A stretch of 64,000 bases of DNA from Histomonas meleagridis 2922-C6/04-290x (taxonomy: Eukaryota; Protista; Parabasalia). The notes beneath the pieces were generated by a model that ran no database searches, had not been told where the DNA came from, and saw nothing but the letters and a program-made list of their open reading frames with translations. The DNA is taken from NCBI GenBank assembly GCA_020184695.1, contig JAANOX010000258.1, positions 186,001 to 250,000 on the forward strand. Reading direction: 5' to 3'. Below are positions 45,116-57,074 of this stretch, in pieces (within the stretch, counting starts at the first letter, position 1; every line of letters starts with the position of its first letter). The position numbers and the translations under genes are program-made.

Positions 45116-47257
45116 TTATATGTTTATTATATGATTATCTTCATCAAAATCATTTGCAAATGGGTCTTCGTCAATATTATTTGCAGTATAATTTTTAAAA
45201 TTGCTGCTAATTTCTGTTTGGTGTTTATATTCTTCATTCGATTCACATTCACTGTCACTTATTTTATTGTTATTATGTCGGCGAATTACATATAAAAAAA
45301 TTAATACAAAAATAATTATTATTACAATAATACAAATAACTATAACTATAACTATCGTTACTGTCGATGATTTGTTTTCAGTTTGCGTTTCTTGATATTG
45401 GATATTAGTGAAAAAATCGGAATAATATTCGAAATATGATTTATATATGACAATTGTATATTCGTAATAAATAATTTGCGTAATAAAAAAACTTTGAACT
45501 GAATCAATCATTGTAAATATTCGCGTATTCGTGATAAATGAATTATTAATAACAAACGATGTCATAAACGTAATAGAAAATGTTAATGAATATGAATGCC
45601 AATATGTCGTTCTTAAATAATATAACTCCGTAAATGTATTCGAATTTGTAAAAGAATTCGATTTAGTGAATATATTCGATTGTGTACATGAATTTGATTT
45701 CGTAAATGTATTCGAAATAGTAAATGTATTTGATTCTGTAAATGATTTTGATGATGTAAATGTATTTGATTTGGTAAATGTATTTGAAAAAGTGTTTGAC
45801 TTTGTAAATGTATTTGATTCTGTAAATGATTTTGTAGATATAGATGGAATTTTATATGTTTCTATTTCGCCAGCATTATTGGATTTATCGATAATTGCAA
45901 TATGGAAATACATTTGATTTACGATATGCTCTGTTTTCAGCTTAATATAATTATTTGTTGTTTCATATATTAATTCTGTTTCATCACATTCCATTTTATT
46001 ATCAATTACATATTTAAATTTTTGTATACCTTTTGTAACATAAACATTAACATGATTCGATTCAGAGATAGCATTTCTATTGTAATCATAAGCTATAACT
46101 TTATAATCATATTCAATTCCATTATCATTTGCTTCAAACGAAAGTAAATAATTATTTGGATCAATTATAATATTTGTTATTTGTGGATTAGTATTACAAT
46201 GTGCATAATAATGATCATCGAAATGATTATCTATTGTTCTTTGCTTTAAGTACAAAATAGTATTCGCAAGAAGTTTTATCTCCATTTCTTCTGCTTCACA
46301 ATTCGCATGTCCTGTTTGTATTAATGCAGTATTCCCATGTGTTGTAAGATAAAAATTGTTTTTCCCTGATGCTATAGATGGAATTTCAAACCATATATCA
46401 CCTACTGCTTCTTGACTTGTCGTATGCGTTTGTTTTGTCGAGTAATTTATCCCAAAATCAATATCTAATGTCCATGGATATTGAAGTATTAATCCTTTTT
46501 TGGTTAGTGTCATTAAATATGTATAAACTTCGCTAAATGAATTACCATCAAGATAATATGTCTCTTTAACACCAAACATATCTCGAATCGAATTCAAACC
46601 TAAAGGAATGTACTCATCATTTCCATTATTTCGAGTAAAAATATAACAAATTGTATCATGGCCAGCAAGAAATCCATATCCTTCATTGATGTATTCTCTA
46701 ATAACTGTATCGCAACTATTAGTTGATAAAGAATATCCGCCACTCGCATCCCAAAAACCGAAAACAATAACATCGAATTGATATATCCATTCATTATCAC
46801 TCGCAATTGCTGTTTCAAATTCATCGATTGATTTGAGTGTTATATTCATTGTCTGCTCATTAGTTTCAGGATTTGCTCCATATGGTATCGATTCAACTCC
46901 ACTTATAGAACCACCTTCCATCCACACTTTCAAAGAAGCTGATTTGTATATACTGTGTTCGCGTGAGTCACTGAATTGCATTGGTACAATCGGTATTTCA
47001 TACTCACCGAAACTTGATAAAACACCCATATTAGAAGGTGATGGGTAAATATTAAGGACACTAATTGGTTTTCCTTGTTCATGAGTACTGATTGTTTCCC
47101 ATTCGTTATTAACATTTTTTTGAAAAATTTTATAATAAATATTTTCGCTCGATTCACTCATTTCCCATTGAAGTTTAACTCCTTGTTTTATATCAGCAAA
47201 AGAAGCATTAAGAATAATGTTCCCTAAACACCAAGCAAAAAAATAAAACAATAACAT
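45116..47257 (-). CDS. Surface protein: bacterial-like (DUF5057-like) N-terminal domain plus TxSNT stalk and TM
   Basis: Signal peptide; SVLNIYP, FDVIVFGFWDASG, GYGFLAGHDT, YPWTL and LIQTGH; FTKSNT repeats; TM VTIVIVIVICIIVIIIIFVLIFLYVI. Confidence 0.8.
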   Translation of the reverse strand: MLLFYFFAWCLGNIILNASFADIKQGVKLQWEMSESSENIYYKIFQKNVNNEWETISTHEQGKPISVLNIYPSPSNMGVLSSFGEYEIPIVPMQFSDSREHSIYKSASLKVWMEGGSISGVESIPYGANPETNEQTMNITLKSIDEFETAIASDNEWIYQFDVIVFGFWDASGGYSLSTNSCDTVIREYINEGYGFLAGHDTICYIFTRNNGNDEYIPLGLNSIRDMFGVKETYYLDGNSFSEVYTYLMTLTKKGLILQYPWTLDIDFGINYSTKQTHTTSQEAVGDIWFEIPSIASGKNNFYLTTHGNTALIQTGHANCEAEEMEIKLLANTILYLKQRTIDNHFDDHYYAHCNTNPQITNIIIDPNNYLLSFEANDNGIEYDYKVIAYDYNRNAISESNHVNVYVTKGIQKFKYVIDNKMECDETELIYETTNNYIKLKTEHIVNQMYFHIAIIDKSNNAGEIETYKIPSISTKSFTESNTFTKSNTFSNTFTKSNTFTSSKSFTESNTFTISNTFTKSNSCTQSNIFTKSNSFTNSNTFTELYYLRTTYWHSYSLTFSITFMTSFVINNSFITNTRIFTMIDSVQSFFITQIIYYEYTIVIYKSYFEYYSDFFTNIQYQETQTENKSSTVTIVIVIVICIIVIIIIFVLIFLYVIRRHNNNKISDSECESNEEYKHQTEISSNFKNYTANNIDEDPFANDFDEDNHIINI

Positions 47258-48063
47258 TGTGTGCTTAAGCCGAAGAAATGCATTTCTATCATATAAGTAT
47301 TGAAATAATTGAATTACACTATAACTTTTTCAAATAATGTTATGTTGTAATTGGGTATCGGATACCACTTCATCCATGTAATAATTTAGTATTATAACCA
47401 GAATTAATCGTAATATTAATTAGATAATATAAAAGGCTTCCTGAAGCCAAAAGAATGATTCGAATAAAAATTTATCATTACAAGATATTTTGTTGTTATT
47501 ATAAGCAAAATAATTATTTCAAAACATTGTGTTAATTGAATAGCTCATTGTTTTGTTGTAAAATTATTTGTGATAGAGATTGTTTATGAGGTTTTCAATA
47601 ATTGTATTTCCAAATTTGGAAACTGATCGATCAGTTTATTAATTACCGAAACTTTTTTTATTGATTGTCAACTCTAATTAATATTATGGATTCTTCCAAA
47701 ATATCTGATACAAATGTTAAAAGTTTTTCTAATTATTTGATAGTCATCCCAAAAAGAAATTGATCTGACAGATGTTATTCCCAAAATAACTAAGAAGGTA
47801 ATACAAATTAATGCTATCGCTGATTATATTCTATAGGAACTAGTTCTAACTTCATGAAGTTTGATTTCAAAAATACAACAATAAACGCACTTCAGTAGAA
47901 AACTCTACAACAAAAAAACAGTTTTCAAACGGATTTTTTACATAAATTTAATTAATTTTTTCGCTTAGTTCATTGAACATGTCCAAGAACTCAATTTTTG
48001 CAGCTTCGCATTCATCGTAATCGCAAACCAAATTTTCTATTTCATCCAAATCGAAAAATATTT

Positions 48064-49080
48064 TCAGATGTTGTTGTTCATAGCCACACACTTTAACATT
48101 TGTAACAATTTGCACAAACAAATTAATGAAAAATCTCTCAAAACGACAAACTTAAGAACTTTTTGCAACATTTTCGGGTGAAATCTGTTGAAATCGAAAT
48201 ATAATAAAAGTGTTTTAAATATTTCGATTTCATCATAAAATGACGATTTGTCCATAATTAAAAGTAATCCCTCAATGAACTCGTCGTTCACAAATTGATG
48301 CCAAATTTCATATTTCACTCGAAACAAGTTCATAATCGATGGAATAATTTTGTAATGATTTTGTATTATTAATTGAAATAATATTTCTATGCAACATGGA
48401 AACGTAGGAATGATAGTGATCAGTTCAGCCAATTTAATGGTAATGCTGAACCTGTTATATCGAAGAAGTCGTATTAAATTTTCTTGGATGTAATCAATGT
48501 TAAACGGTTGAACATTTCGCTCAACAATTTCTTTGGTAATAATAAAACATTTATCTGTGCGTTTGAAGAAGTTGGAAAAGACATCTAATAAAATATTAAT
48601 ATTGACATATGGACTAAAGATAAACTTCAGTAGGAAAAAAGGTGATCGTTGAATATTAAAAGGCTGTTATTGGAAAAATCATGAATAAAGTCTGTTGCAA
48701 TTATGAGTTGATAAATTTCCGGGAACTGATGTGAAAGTAAAAGAATATTTGAAGATACGCACCTGTTCGTGGTGGTAGTAAGAATATGAAGAAAAAAATC
48801 GATTAATTGTGGAGAATTTTGAAAAAGATTAAACTGAAAATTTGATAAACGGGGAACAGTAGAAAGATATAATTTAGCGTATGATTTATTTGGATCTTCA
48901 ATTATTTTTTGTAAAAAATTATGGGAGTTTTAATCGAAATAATAGCTTCAAGGCATGCTTACGATGTATTCTTTATGAAGCGTTTCAAATATCAAAAAAA
49001 TCTTCCATATTTAAAATAAACATTACTTGATAAATCAACTGAAGAATTTCCCATTCATATTTTTATTTTGATTGTTCATG
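48064..49080 (-). pseudogene. Decayed gene of unknown type
   Basis: Coding-like fragments in shifting frames; only 48064-48432 is open. Confidence 0.35.
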
Positions 49081-49425
49081 AAGAAACACAATTAAATGAA
49101 GTTCTCGTTGAAATCGTTAACTGCTAAAATCGGTATAGGCGACACACTTCAAATGCCGACACAACTTACACTTTTTTTGGGTTATATATGCATAACTTAA
49201 GCTATATATTAACTGCGCAAAGGCTCAAGAAAAATCTGATGAAAAACTTTGAGATACCAAAAAGGGTGAATTGTTTGCACCCTTCATTACACAACTTTTT
49301 GAGTACTCAAAATATGATTCAAACATTTTATTCATTAAGTGAAACAATTGAAATATTTTTTTGAATAATCGATGGTACTTAAAATTATACAACCAAGCTT
49401 TGATTTTGGTTCTATTGTTAATACT

Positions 49426-50556
49426 TTAAATATCATCTTCATCTCTAACATCGTACATTGTTCTGTTCCTTTTCTTAAAAAATTGGTTTGGTGCATCAGA
49501 AATTTTGTATAGAAGAGGATCAATGTTTTTCAAATAGCGTATTAATGTTTCAGCCTTTGGACCTATGATTGATAATCCATCCTCCAATACAATCTCAGAA
49601 TCAGGATTGTTTTGAGTAAACTTAATTGCTGTTCTTAGTATTTTGTTTTCTTCTTGAAGTTTTTTAATATTTTCAGTGTTTGCTTTTTTCGGTGGAATGT
49701 CTTTTCCTAATCCGACCAATATTTTTGTGTTTTTAGCGTATCTTGATAACATTTCAACTGTTGATGGTGCAATTCCAACATTTCCACGAAGGTCTATTTG
49801 TTTCAAATTTAAGTCAATCACATCATAATAAATATCATTAATAAAACGGTAAGTAAACTCATTGTCTCGTAAATCAAGAATGTCTATATGGATGGTAGGT
49901 GAACGTGCTGCTCCTGAAAGAGATTCTCTCCAATCTGCTTCTGATTGTATAAATACTTGGTATGCAAGAAGAGCAGAAAGCACTGGACCTGATGCATCTG
50001 TTAGACTGCAGCGCCTACATTGTAATTCAATGATGCCAGGTCTGCGAAGTGCACGTGCAAGTCTTTCAAATCCCTCATCTCCAATTGGAACATTGTTAAA
50101 TCGTAATGTTGTGAGAGATTGACATTGATATATACCTTGTGAGAGGATGTCAAAGTCAGAAAATGGTATTGGAATTATTGAACGAATAATCAGACATTGT
50201 AAATTTTGAGCTTTTGGTAATAAAGAAGATAACAGAGAGTAAACTTCATGTATGGCATTGTTGTTTTTCGAAAATATGGATGCATTAAGTGCAGCTGGTG
50301 CCATCAATCCTAATTTCTTAGTTGAAGCACCTTTTTTGATTGCTTGCTTGTTTCTTGCTCTTGTTTTGATAAGCAAATCGAGACTAAATCCAATTGTATT
50401 GAATTTATTAAATGAACTATTCAGTGATTTAAGAAAACTTTTATATTTTGCAAATGAGATCTTAGATAAATCAAATATATATCCACTTTCTTCGTGTGTT
50501 CCCAATTTTTGAAGTTCTTCAAGACTAAAGCTTCTTATTTTTCCTCTGTTTTCCAT
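49426..50556 (-). CDS. RNI-like leucine-rich repeat protein
   Basis: LTTLRFNNVPIGDEG, LQCRRCSLTDASG, LDLRDNEF and IDLRGNVGI. Confidence 0.8.
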   Translation of the reverse strand: MENRGKIRSFSLEELQKLGTHEESGYIFDLSKISFAKYKSFLKSLNSSFNKFNTIGFSLDLLIKTRARNKQAIKKGASTKKLGLMAPAALNASIFSKNNNAIHEVYSLLSSLLPKAQNLQCLIIRSIIPIPFSDFDILSQGIYQCQSLTTLRFNNVPIGDEGFERLARALRRPGIIELQCRRCSLTDASGPVLSALLAYQVFIQSEADWRESLSGAARSPTIHIDILDLRDNEFTYRFINDIYYDVIDLNLKQIDLRGNVGIAPSTVEMLSRYAKNTKILVGLGKDIPPKKANTENIKKLQEENKILRTAIKFTQNNPDSEIVLEDGLSIIGPKAETLIRYLKNIDPLLYKISDAPNQFFKKRNRTMYDVRDEDDI

Positions 50557-50633
50557 TTTAATCTTAACGTACAGATTTACAACGATACGTGTAAACTTAT
50601 GATTTTAAAAAATTTCATTTAAAAAACATTTAA

Positions 50634-51497
50634 TCACATTCTAAAATGAGATAGAAAAATTTCAAGTTCCCTTGAGCTGCTACCACAAATACCCCATTTG
50701 TTTCCATTTAAATTTGATGATAGAAGAACTTCTTTAGCTTGACATAATTGTTTGCTTGGACTTATCATTTTACTTGGCGAGGACCAATAAACAGGAGAAT
50801 TCGAGGCTGGTACAAAATTATTGTTGTTAAATTGATCATTGCAAACATTTTTTGAAATTCTTCCTTTACATATATCCAATGATGGATCAGCAAATGTCAT
50901 ATTCTCTATCGACAATTGTTTATATCTATATCTACATTGTACGTCAGTACGATTTTTAAAAATTGAAGCGATTTTTGTCCATGATTTTTCTCCATGAATT
51001 TTAATTTGTTTCAGTAAAAATGCATCTTCTTCATAAGTCCAGCTTTTTTTTGATATTTTCGGATTTAGCCCTCGACACCACCTTTGAGAACATTGGGAAC
51101 GACTTCTTCCATTCCCAATAAATGCTGCAATCGTGTTCCAATTTTCAAGACCAAACCTTACAACACCTGCAAGTAATCTTTTATCTTCTGTTACTGTCCA
51201 TGTTCTTGTTTTTTTCCTTAAACTTGTAATATCATCCTCCGTTTCTTCAGTCTCATTGTAAGGTATTGGTTCTTCTTCAATATTAATGATGTCATTTATC
51301 CGAGATAAATAATCATCTCTACCAACAGTTTCGATTAATATTTTTCGACATTCTTCTTCTGTAATTTTTCCGTAAAGATATTTACTAAAAATATCTCGAA
51401 GATTTTCGATTTCCTTTTCATTTAATGTAATGAATCCTTCAACATACGAAACTCCAAGATCAATAAGAATATCAATTCTTGCATATTTTGAATTCAT
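50634..51497 (-). CDS. Trichomonad R2R3 Myb-like DNA-binding protein
   Basis: WTVTEDKRLLAGV..NWNTIA..RSRSQCSQRW and WTYEEDAFL..SWTKIA..RTDVQCRYRY. Confidence 0.92.
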   Translation of the reverse strand: MNSKYARIDILIDLGVSYVEGFITLNEKEIENLRDIFSKYLYGKITEEECRKILIETVGRDDYLSRINDIINIEEEPIPYNETEETEDDITSLRKKTRTWTVTEDKRLLAGVVRFGLENWNTIAAFIGNGRSRSQCSQRWCRGLNPKISKKSWTYEEDAFLLKQIKIHGEKSWTKIASIFKNRTDVQCRYRYKQLSIENMTFADPSLDICKGRISKNVCNDQFNNNNFVPASNSPVYWSSPSKMISPSKQLCQAKEVLLSSNLNGNKWGICGSSSRELEIFLSHFRM

Positions 51498-52777
51498 TAA
51501 AAATAATTTTATAAAATAAAAACTAACTTTTGTTTAATGTTCAATTTTGGATGGATGAATACATATAAATTTTTTTCAATAAAATGTGTCCAATTTTCTG
51601 TGAATAAATAAAAAATGGTTTTGTACAAAAAAATGCATCACATATATTGAATGTTCCACAAATTTGGTTTTCCCTTTATTTTACATTTGATATTTTCTGA
51701 TCAGATATAAATTTTTTGAGTATGTTTTTTTATATACATTATTTTGAAAATATTTATTGTAAAAAAAATTACATTTAGATCAAACAGTGAGAAATTAAAT
51801 GATGATAAATCAGAAAAATTTTCATTACACATAAAAGTTGTTTCGATATTCATTCATCATTAATGTATGTGTATGTGAATGTAAGTTGATATTCCAATAC
51901 TGTAAAACTAATATTCAAAAACTGAAAAAAATGTATTTACCACAAAAAATCATAAAACAGTTCAATTTTGAATACTGTATAAAAATGAGATTAAATTTAT
52001 ATTTCAAATATCATAAAAATATCTCGAATTTATGATGATTATATTCAAACAACAGTTGTACTTTATATTATAATATAAAAGGAAATCAATATAATTAAGG
52101 ATAATAAAGCAAGATCAAAATCAGATGAAAAAACGAAAGAAACAGTTATAATTTGTAAAATTAAAGTTGCGGGTAGCAGTTCTTATTACCGATATGATGG
52201 TACAATTAAGTCAGAGAGTCAAACATTCCATGGTCTTTCAACGTGGCTCGATGTTATATGCAGATAAACAAGTTGTTACTATGCTTATTGATGAAATTCG
52301 TACTGTTATAACATAATAATGAATTGAATTTGGTGATAGTGTAACACCATTTTTCAAAAAATGTTCATGAATCATTTGCTTGTTTGGTAACAAAAATTTT
52401 CTATCTTCATATAAATGACCTCAGACAAAGAAAAAAATACAATAACCGAATCAAACAGAAATTAAAAATAATTAAATATTTTTTGTTACAAATGAAAACC
52501 ATATTATTCAAAAACAACAGGCCATGTAAGAAACATCTTTAAACACTTAAAGAGTTCATTTTTCTCCCACAACAAATTTAAATTTAAATTTAAATCCTTG
52601 CAAAGAAAAAACAATTTATTTGAAAGGTTTACACAATATTTTGAATGATTTAAATTTAACATATGAATCAAATTGGCTGAAGAATTTTTGAAGAGCTGCA
52701 CATAACAATGTCGTTAAAAATATACCATTGCATTTGACTTAAATAATATCCGTTTTTAAAGAAAGAAAGAAAAAAAA

Positions 52778-53383
52778 TCAACAAGGGCATGAATCATCAG
52801 GTTCTGTATGTAAAACTTGGCTCACTTCGCTCTCTGGAGTTGGGTCGTAGACACCTTCTGTAACATATTTTTCGATCATCTCGACACACTTTTTCATTGG
52901 TTCATCAATATTATCACCTTCCTTTGCTGACGTCTCAAAGTAAGGCATTTGATGTAACTTTGCGAAGGCTTCAGCTTCTTCTCGTGTGACTTTTCTTTTT
53001 TCTTCTAAATCTGATTTATTTCCAATTAAAATAGTAACTACATCAGGTCTCGCAACTTCTTTCACATCAAAGAGCCATCTTTCTATGTTTTTGAATGAAT
53101 CTTGCTTAGTAATATCAAATACAAGAAATGCACCTGAAGATCCACGATAATATCCTTTTGTAACAGATCTGAAAAGCTCTTGTCCTGCTGTATCCCAGAG
53201 TTGTAACTGAATTTTGTTTTGAGATGTTTCGATAATTTTGGTTAAAAATTCAACTCCAAGAGTTGGTTGCATTGCTGGATCATACTGATTCCGAACATAT
53301 CTGAGAAGGTAGCAAGTTTTACCTACTCCTGAGTCTCCAACAACTACAATCTTAAGGGAGAAATTAAATTTTCTCCCAATCAT
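52778..53383 (-). CDS. Rab GTPase (Rab2/4/11/14 group)
   Basis: GDSGVGKT, WDTAGQE, YYRG, GNKSDL, ETSAK and a C-terminal CPC. Confidence 0.93.
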   Translation of the reverse strand: MIGRKFNFSLKIVVVGDSGVGKTCYLLRYVRNQYDPAMQPTLGVEFLTKIIETSQNKIQLQLWDTAGQELFRSVTKGYYRGSSGAFLVFDITKQDSFKNIERWLFDVKEVARPDVVTILIGNKSDLEEKRKVTREEAEAFAKLHQMPYFETSAKEGDNIDEPMKKCVEMIEKYVTEGVYDPTPESEVSQVLHTEPDDSCPC

Positions 53384-53480
53384 CTTAATTGGTCACCAAC
53401 TGACATAATCTTTTTCTTTCAATTTTTGTGAGAAAATAATTTGGCGAATTTATAACCGTTTAAAAAACACCGGAAAGCAA

Positions 53481-53729
53481 ATGCTTCTTGTTTATTTGTT
53501 TAACATCATATCTTATCTTTCAACACAAGCGCCTCATCCTCAGCATATTGTAGATACCAAATTTAATGAGGAACCAAATCATCAAAATCCTGAAACAGAG
53601 GAAGCTCCATATGCAGAAGATTACCTATATCCACCTCCTGAAGCACCAGAAATTCATACTGTTGAACATCAGTATACTCAAGTATACACAAATCGCTATT
53701 ATACGCCTGATTACAAAGAAGATCTTTAA
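53481..53729 (+). CDS. Possible small secreted acidic/Pro-rich peptide
   Basis: 82-aa ATG ORF with a hydrophobic N-terminus, divergent from the Rab gene across an M3-like motif. Confidence 0.4.
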   Translation: MLLVYLFNIISYLSTQAPHPQHIVDTKFNEEPNHQNPETEEAPYAEDYLYPPPEAPEIHTVEHQYTQVYTNRYYTPDYKEDL

Positions 53730-53819
53730 AAATCCGATATGTAAATCATTATTCTTCTCTATTTCCTTTGATGACATATTACTTTTTTAATAATTTGATG
53801 TTTAATCATTTATCTTTTT

Positions 53820-55205
53820 TTACTCATTATTTTCAGTTGTTTCTTCTTTCTTGTGATGATGTCTCCTCCTCTTTTTCTTTGGCTGTTCTTCCTCAAGTTG
53901 GAAGTCTTGGTCCTGTTTATAGTTTGGTGTTTCTTCTACTACAATTTTGGGTGGGGCCACCTTAACGGCCGCTCTTGATTCGGTGAATTTCACCTTTTGG
54001 CCCTCCATCTGTCTGACTCTTGTTTCCAATCTTTCGAAATCTGATGCTCCGATGTGTCCATCAGTTTCATCGTTGTATGCATCTACTCTTGTAGATATAG
54101 CAATTTTTGCTGCTAATCCTCTTGAGATCTTTCCTTTCAATTTTTGATCTGCATGTGAAACAATTTGTGCATGATAAATAAGGCCATATTTTGGAGTATT
54201 CTTTCCTTCTTTCTTTGCTCGGAAAAGAGCTTTTTCCGCACCAAAGACTTGTATCGTTGAACCGGCAGCTTTTGCAAGTTGATTTAATGAGCCAGCATGT
54301 GCTATAAGTCTTGCGCCAACACTTTCGCCAACAAGCTCACTCAAGTTTGGCGCAATTGCGCGCATTCGTTGTCGAACATATTCATTAATTTGGTTACGAA
54401 ACTCAATTAACTCGACAACTTGTGTGGCAAGGGCTTGAATACACTCAAGATCTCCATCGCTAAGTTCTGTACCAATTGATGTATGCGCAAGTTTTTTCAT
54501 ATCTTCGATCATAGGCTGAGTAAGAAGGCTTTCAAGATTTACATTTTCGCAATTCTCTTTACGGCCCATAGCTAAGACAATTTTTGAAAATAATAAATTA
54601 TCGGAGGTGAGATTGCGAAGTTCTGGGAAATGCCATCCGTACCATTCGCGAACACGCATGCCATAATTGTTGATTTCTTTGTCAAGTTCTTCAAGAAGAT
54701 TAACAGAATTTACAATCATCGAATCGACTTTTGAAGGTGAGAATTTGAGTGTCTTTGTTGCCATTCCATGAGCAACGCCGAGTTCGAGAGTTCGGAATGT
54801 ATCTTCTGTGACACCTGGGAGAAGATTTGTGATATTTTCTCGGATGAGACGAAAGATCTCTGGAACATCAGTACCAGATGGAGCAACTGTTTTGATACCA
54901 AGCTTTTCAATTTCACGAGCAAGTTTTGAATCAGCAACTTGGATCTGTTCTTTGATTCCTGTATTAATTACATTCTCTGTTAAAAAATCTGAAAGTGATT
55001 TACACATTTCGGAATTTGCAATTGCTGTTAGAGATTCGACTGCTTCTGAGCCATTTTCAAACAACGAAAATTGATGTAAGGATAACACTGAAAGTGCGTC
55101 ATCTGGTGTTGGATACGATTGACATAAGTTTGTGTCATGTAATGCGGCTTCGTTGTTAACTCTCCAAAGTGTATATCCGACAGGAGTTTCCGCAAGAATC
55201 AGCAT
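53820..55205 (-). CDS. NOP58: Box C/D snoRNP protein Nop58 (Nop5)
   Basis: MLILAETPVGY, LDKEINNYGMRVREWYGWHFPEL, IAPNL..LVG..VGARLIAHAGSL, TIQVFGAEKALFRA and TPKYGLIYH. Confidence 0.9.
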   Translation of the reverse strand: MLILAETPVGYTLWRVNNEAALHDTNLCQSYPTPDDALSVLSLHQFSLFENGSEAVESLTAIANSEMCKSLSDFLTENVINTGIKEQIQVADSKLAREIEKLGIKTVAPSGTDVPEIFRLIRENITNLLPGVTEDTFRTLELGVAHGMATKTLKFSPSKVDSMIVNSVNLLEELDKEINNYGMRVREWYGWHFPELRNLTSDNLLFSKIVLAMGRKENCENVNLESLLTQPMIEDMKKLAHTSIGTELSDGDLECIQALATQVVELIEFRNQINEYVRQRMRAIAPNLSELVGESVGARLIAHAGSLNQLAKAAGSTIQVFGAEKALFRAKKEGKNTPKYGLIYHAQIVSHADQKLKGKISRGLAAKIAISTRVDAYNDETDGHIGASDFERLETRVRQMEGQKVKFTESRAAVKVAPPKIVVEETPNYKQDQDFQLEEEQPKKKRRRHHHKKEETTENNE

Positions 55206-55496
55206 CGACCAATGGTCAGCCGTTAATTGTGGGCACCCCAAAACTTTGTCTGTAAATCTCAAATTTTATTCAAAAAGTGAACAATGAGAGATAATCTATC
55301 GTCGTTAAAGCGATAGGAAAGTGACGGATACATTTTCTATACATCAGCACATGAAAACTACAATAAAGGTGTTATATAGAATACATCAATATCTCCCACA
55401 CAAAAATTTGATGGGTTCATTAATCCATTTGTTTCAAATGAGGTAAAACGAGTATACAACTCAACAACAATTTTTTTATGCGGCAAACTCATGAGC

Positions 55497-55555
55497 GGTT
55501 ATGATCGTATTTCACTGAAAAAATCGAGCTTTTTCAGTTGAATACGATCATAACC
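55497..55555. other. 59-nt intergenic inverted repeat (26-bp arms, 2 mismatches, 7-nt loop)
   Basis: GGTTATGATCGTATTTCACTGAAAAA-ATCGAGC-TTTTTCAGTTGAATACGATCATAACC. Confidence 0.9.
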
Positions 55556-56053
55556 ACAGGGGTGGGTTGGAATGTGATTGAATAGTTTACATCAAAATTA
55601 AATTTATGAGAATTTCCTACGGTTAGTGTACAAAAATCCCAAAATAATCTTATGATATTATTCCAAGAAATGCATTTCAATTGATAAGAACAAGAAATTT
55701 AATATAGCACATATACAAATTGAAATTCTAGTTCGCTAAACAGAAAATTGGTTAAATTCAATTTGAATTTGAGCATTCATTCAATAGCTTATTAAAGAAA
55801 GCTGTTAAAATGATATTTGTTAAGAAACTTTATTTATGAAATATGAAGGAAGAAATTCATTTTTATATGCAAACAACATTGGAATCCTCGATAAAAAACG
55901 TAGAAAGTTTTGAGAGAGGTGATTCAATGATAAACGTTAATAGGCTCAAAAGCGTTTATCAAAAATTGAATGATATTATTTGGCTAAGCGGTTTTTTGGT
56001 TGGTGCAACTGTGAGCAAAAAAAAAAAAATCCAAGATTTGAAATTTAATGATG

Positions 56054-56608
56054 TTATGCGATAGTGCAACATCCACCACCGCCTTGTTTTGTTGATATTG
56101 ATCTTACTATTGCTTTATCAAAAACATCTTTAACACCATCATTTTCACGTGCAGAACATTCCACATATTCAAATGCTTGTATCTGCTTTCCCATCATAAC
56201 ACCTTCTTCATATGTAACACATTGATCAGGTGATGTTGAACTTCTTAAATCTGTCTTTGTTCCAACGAGTAAAATAACAGGTTGTTTGGAAGAATGAAGT
56301 TTAACCTCTTCTATCCATCTGTTTTTGATATTTTCAAATGAAGATCTATCAACAACTGAAAAACAAAGCAAAAATATATTTGTATTTGCATATGAGAGAG
56401 TCCTAATATTCTCCAATTCTTCTTGACCTGCTGTATCCCATAATTGTATGCTATATTCGACGTTATTGACTTTGACTTTAGCTTTATAATTTTCAAAAAC
56501 TGTTGGAACATAATCTGTTGGAAAAGTACCGTTAGCATAGACAACAAGGAGGCACGTCTTACCGACAGCACCATCCCCTACGACGACAAGCTTCATGTCT
56601 TTCGACAT
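56054..56608 (-). CDS. Rho/Rac family GTPase
   Basis: KLVVVGDGAVGKTCLL, YVPTVFENY, LWDTAGQEE, VGTKTDLR, ECSA and a CaaX motif CTIA. Confidence 0.93.
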   Translation of the reverse strand: MSKDMKLVVVGDGAVGKTCLLVVYANGTFPTDYVPTVFENYKAKVKVNNVEYSIQLWDTAGQEELENIRTLSYANTNIFLLCFSVVDRSSFENIKNRWIEEVKLHSSKQPVILLVGTKTDLRSSTSPDQCVTYEEGVMMGKQIQAFEYVECSARENDGVKDVFDKAIVRSISTKQGGGGCCTIA

Positions 56609-57074
56609 TCTGTGATTTCCGAAATAGAGTTTGTTTACAAGTGCATTCAATTTTGAATATTTTACGCAATAAACCATACATTATAAATTGAACCATTCAA
56701 TCAATCCGCACTTTTGCTAAACAAAATCGACACTTTTGTCAACAGTTAAATTGAGAGCGCTTACAAGGCTTTTTCTGTAAAGACGTTAAGAGTTTTTGAG
56801 AGATAAAAATTTCAGTTTCGAAGAAAAAAGTTTCAGTTTATATCATAAAAATTGAGCCTTGAACTGGCCGTTAGCAACAAACTTTTTTACATCTTTTTTT
56901 ATACGTTATTCAAAAAGTGGTATAGTTGCAAAACAAAAACATTTTAAGTCTTTATAAAGTTAAAAAAACATTTAAAAAAACACAAATATGCAATATATGT
57001 CATGATAAAAACCCTTATTTATTAACAAATTTTTATAAAAAATTAAAATAAGATCTAAATTAAAAACAAATTTA

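Noticed and set aside
44150-45917. Antisense ORFs with VNVFE repeats (44150-44491, 45666-45917)
   Set aside because: These are shadow frames of the FTxSNT repeats on the coding strand.
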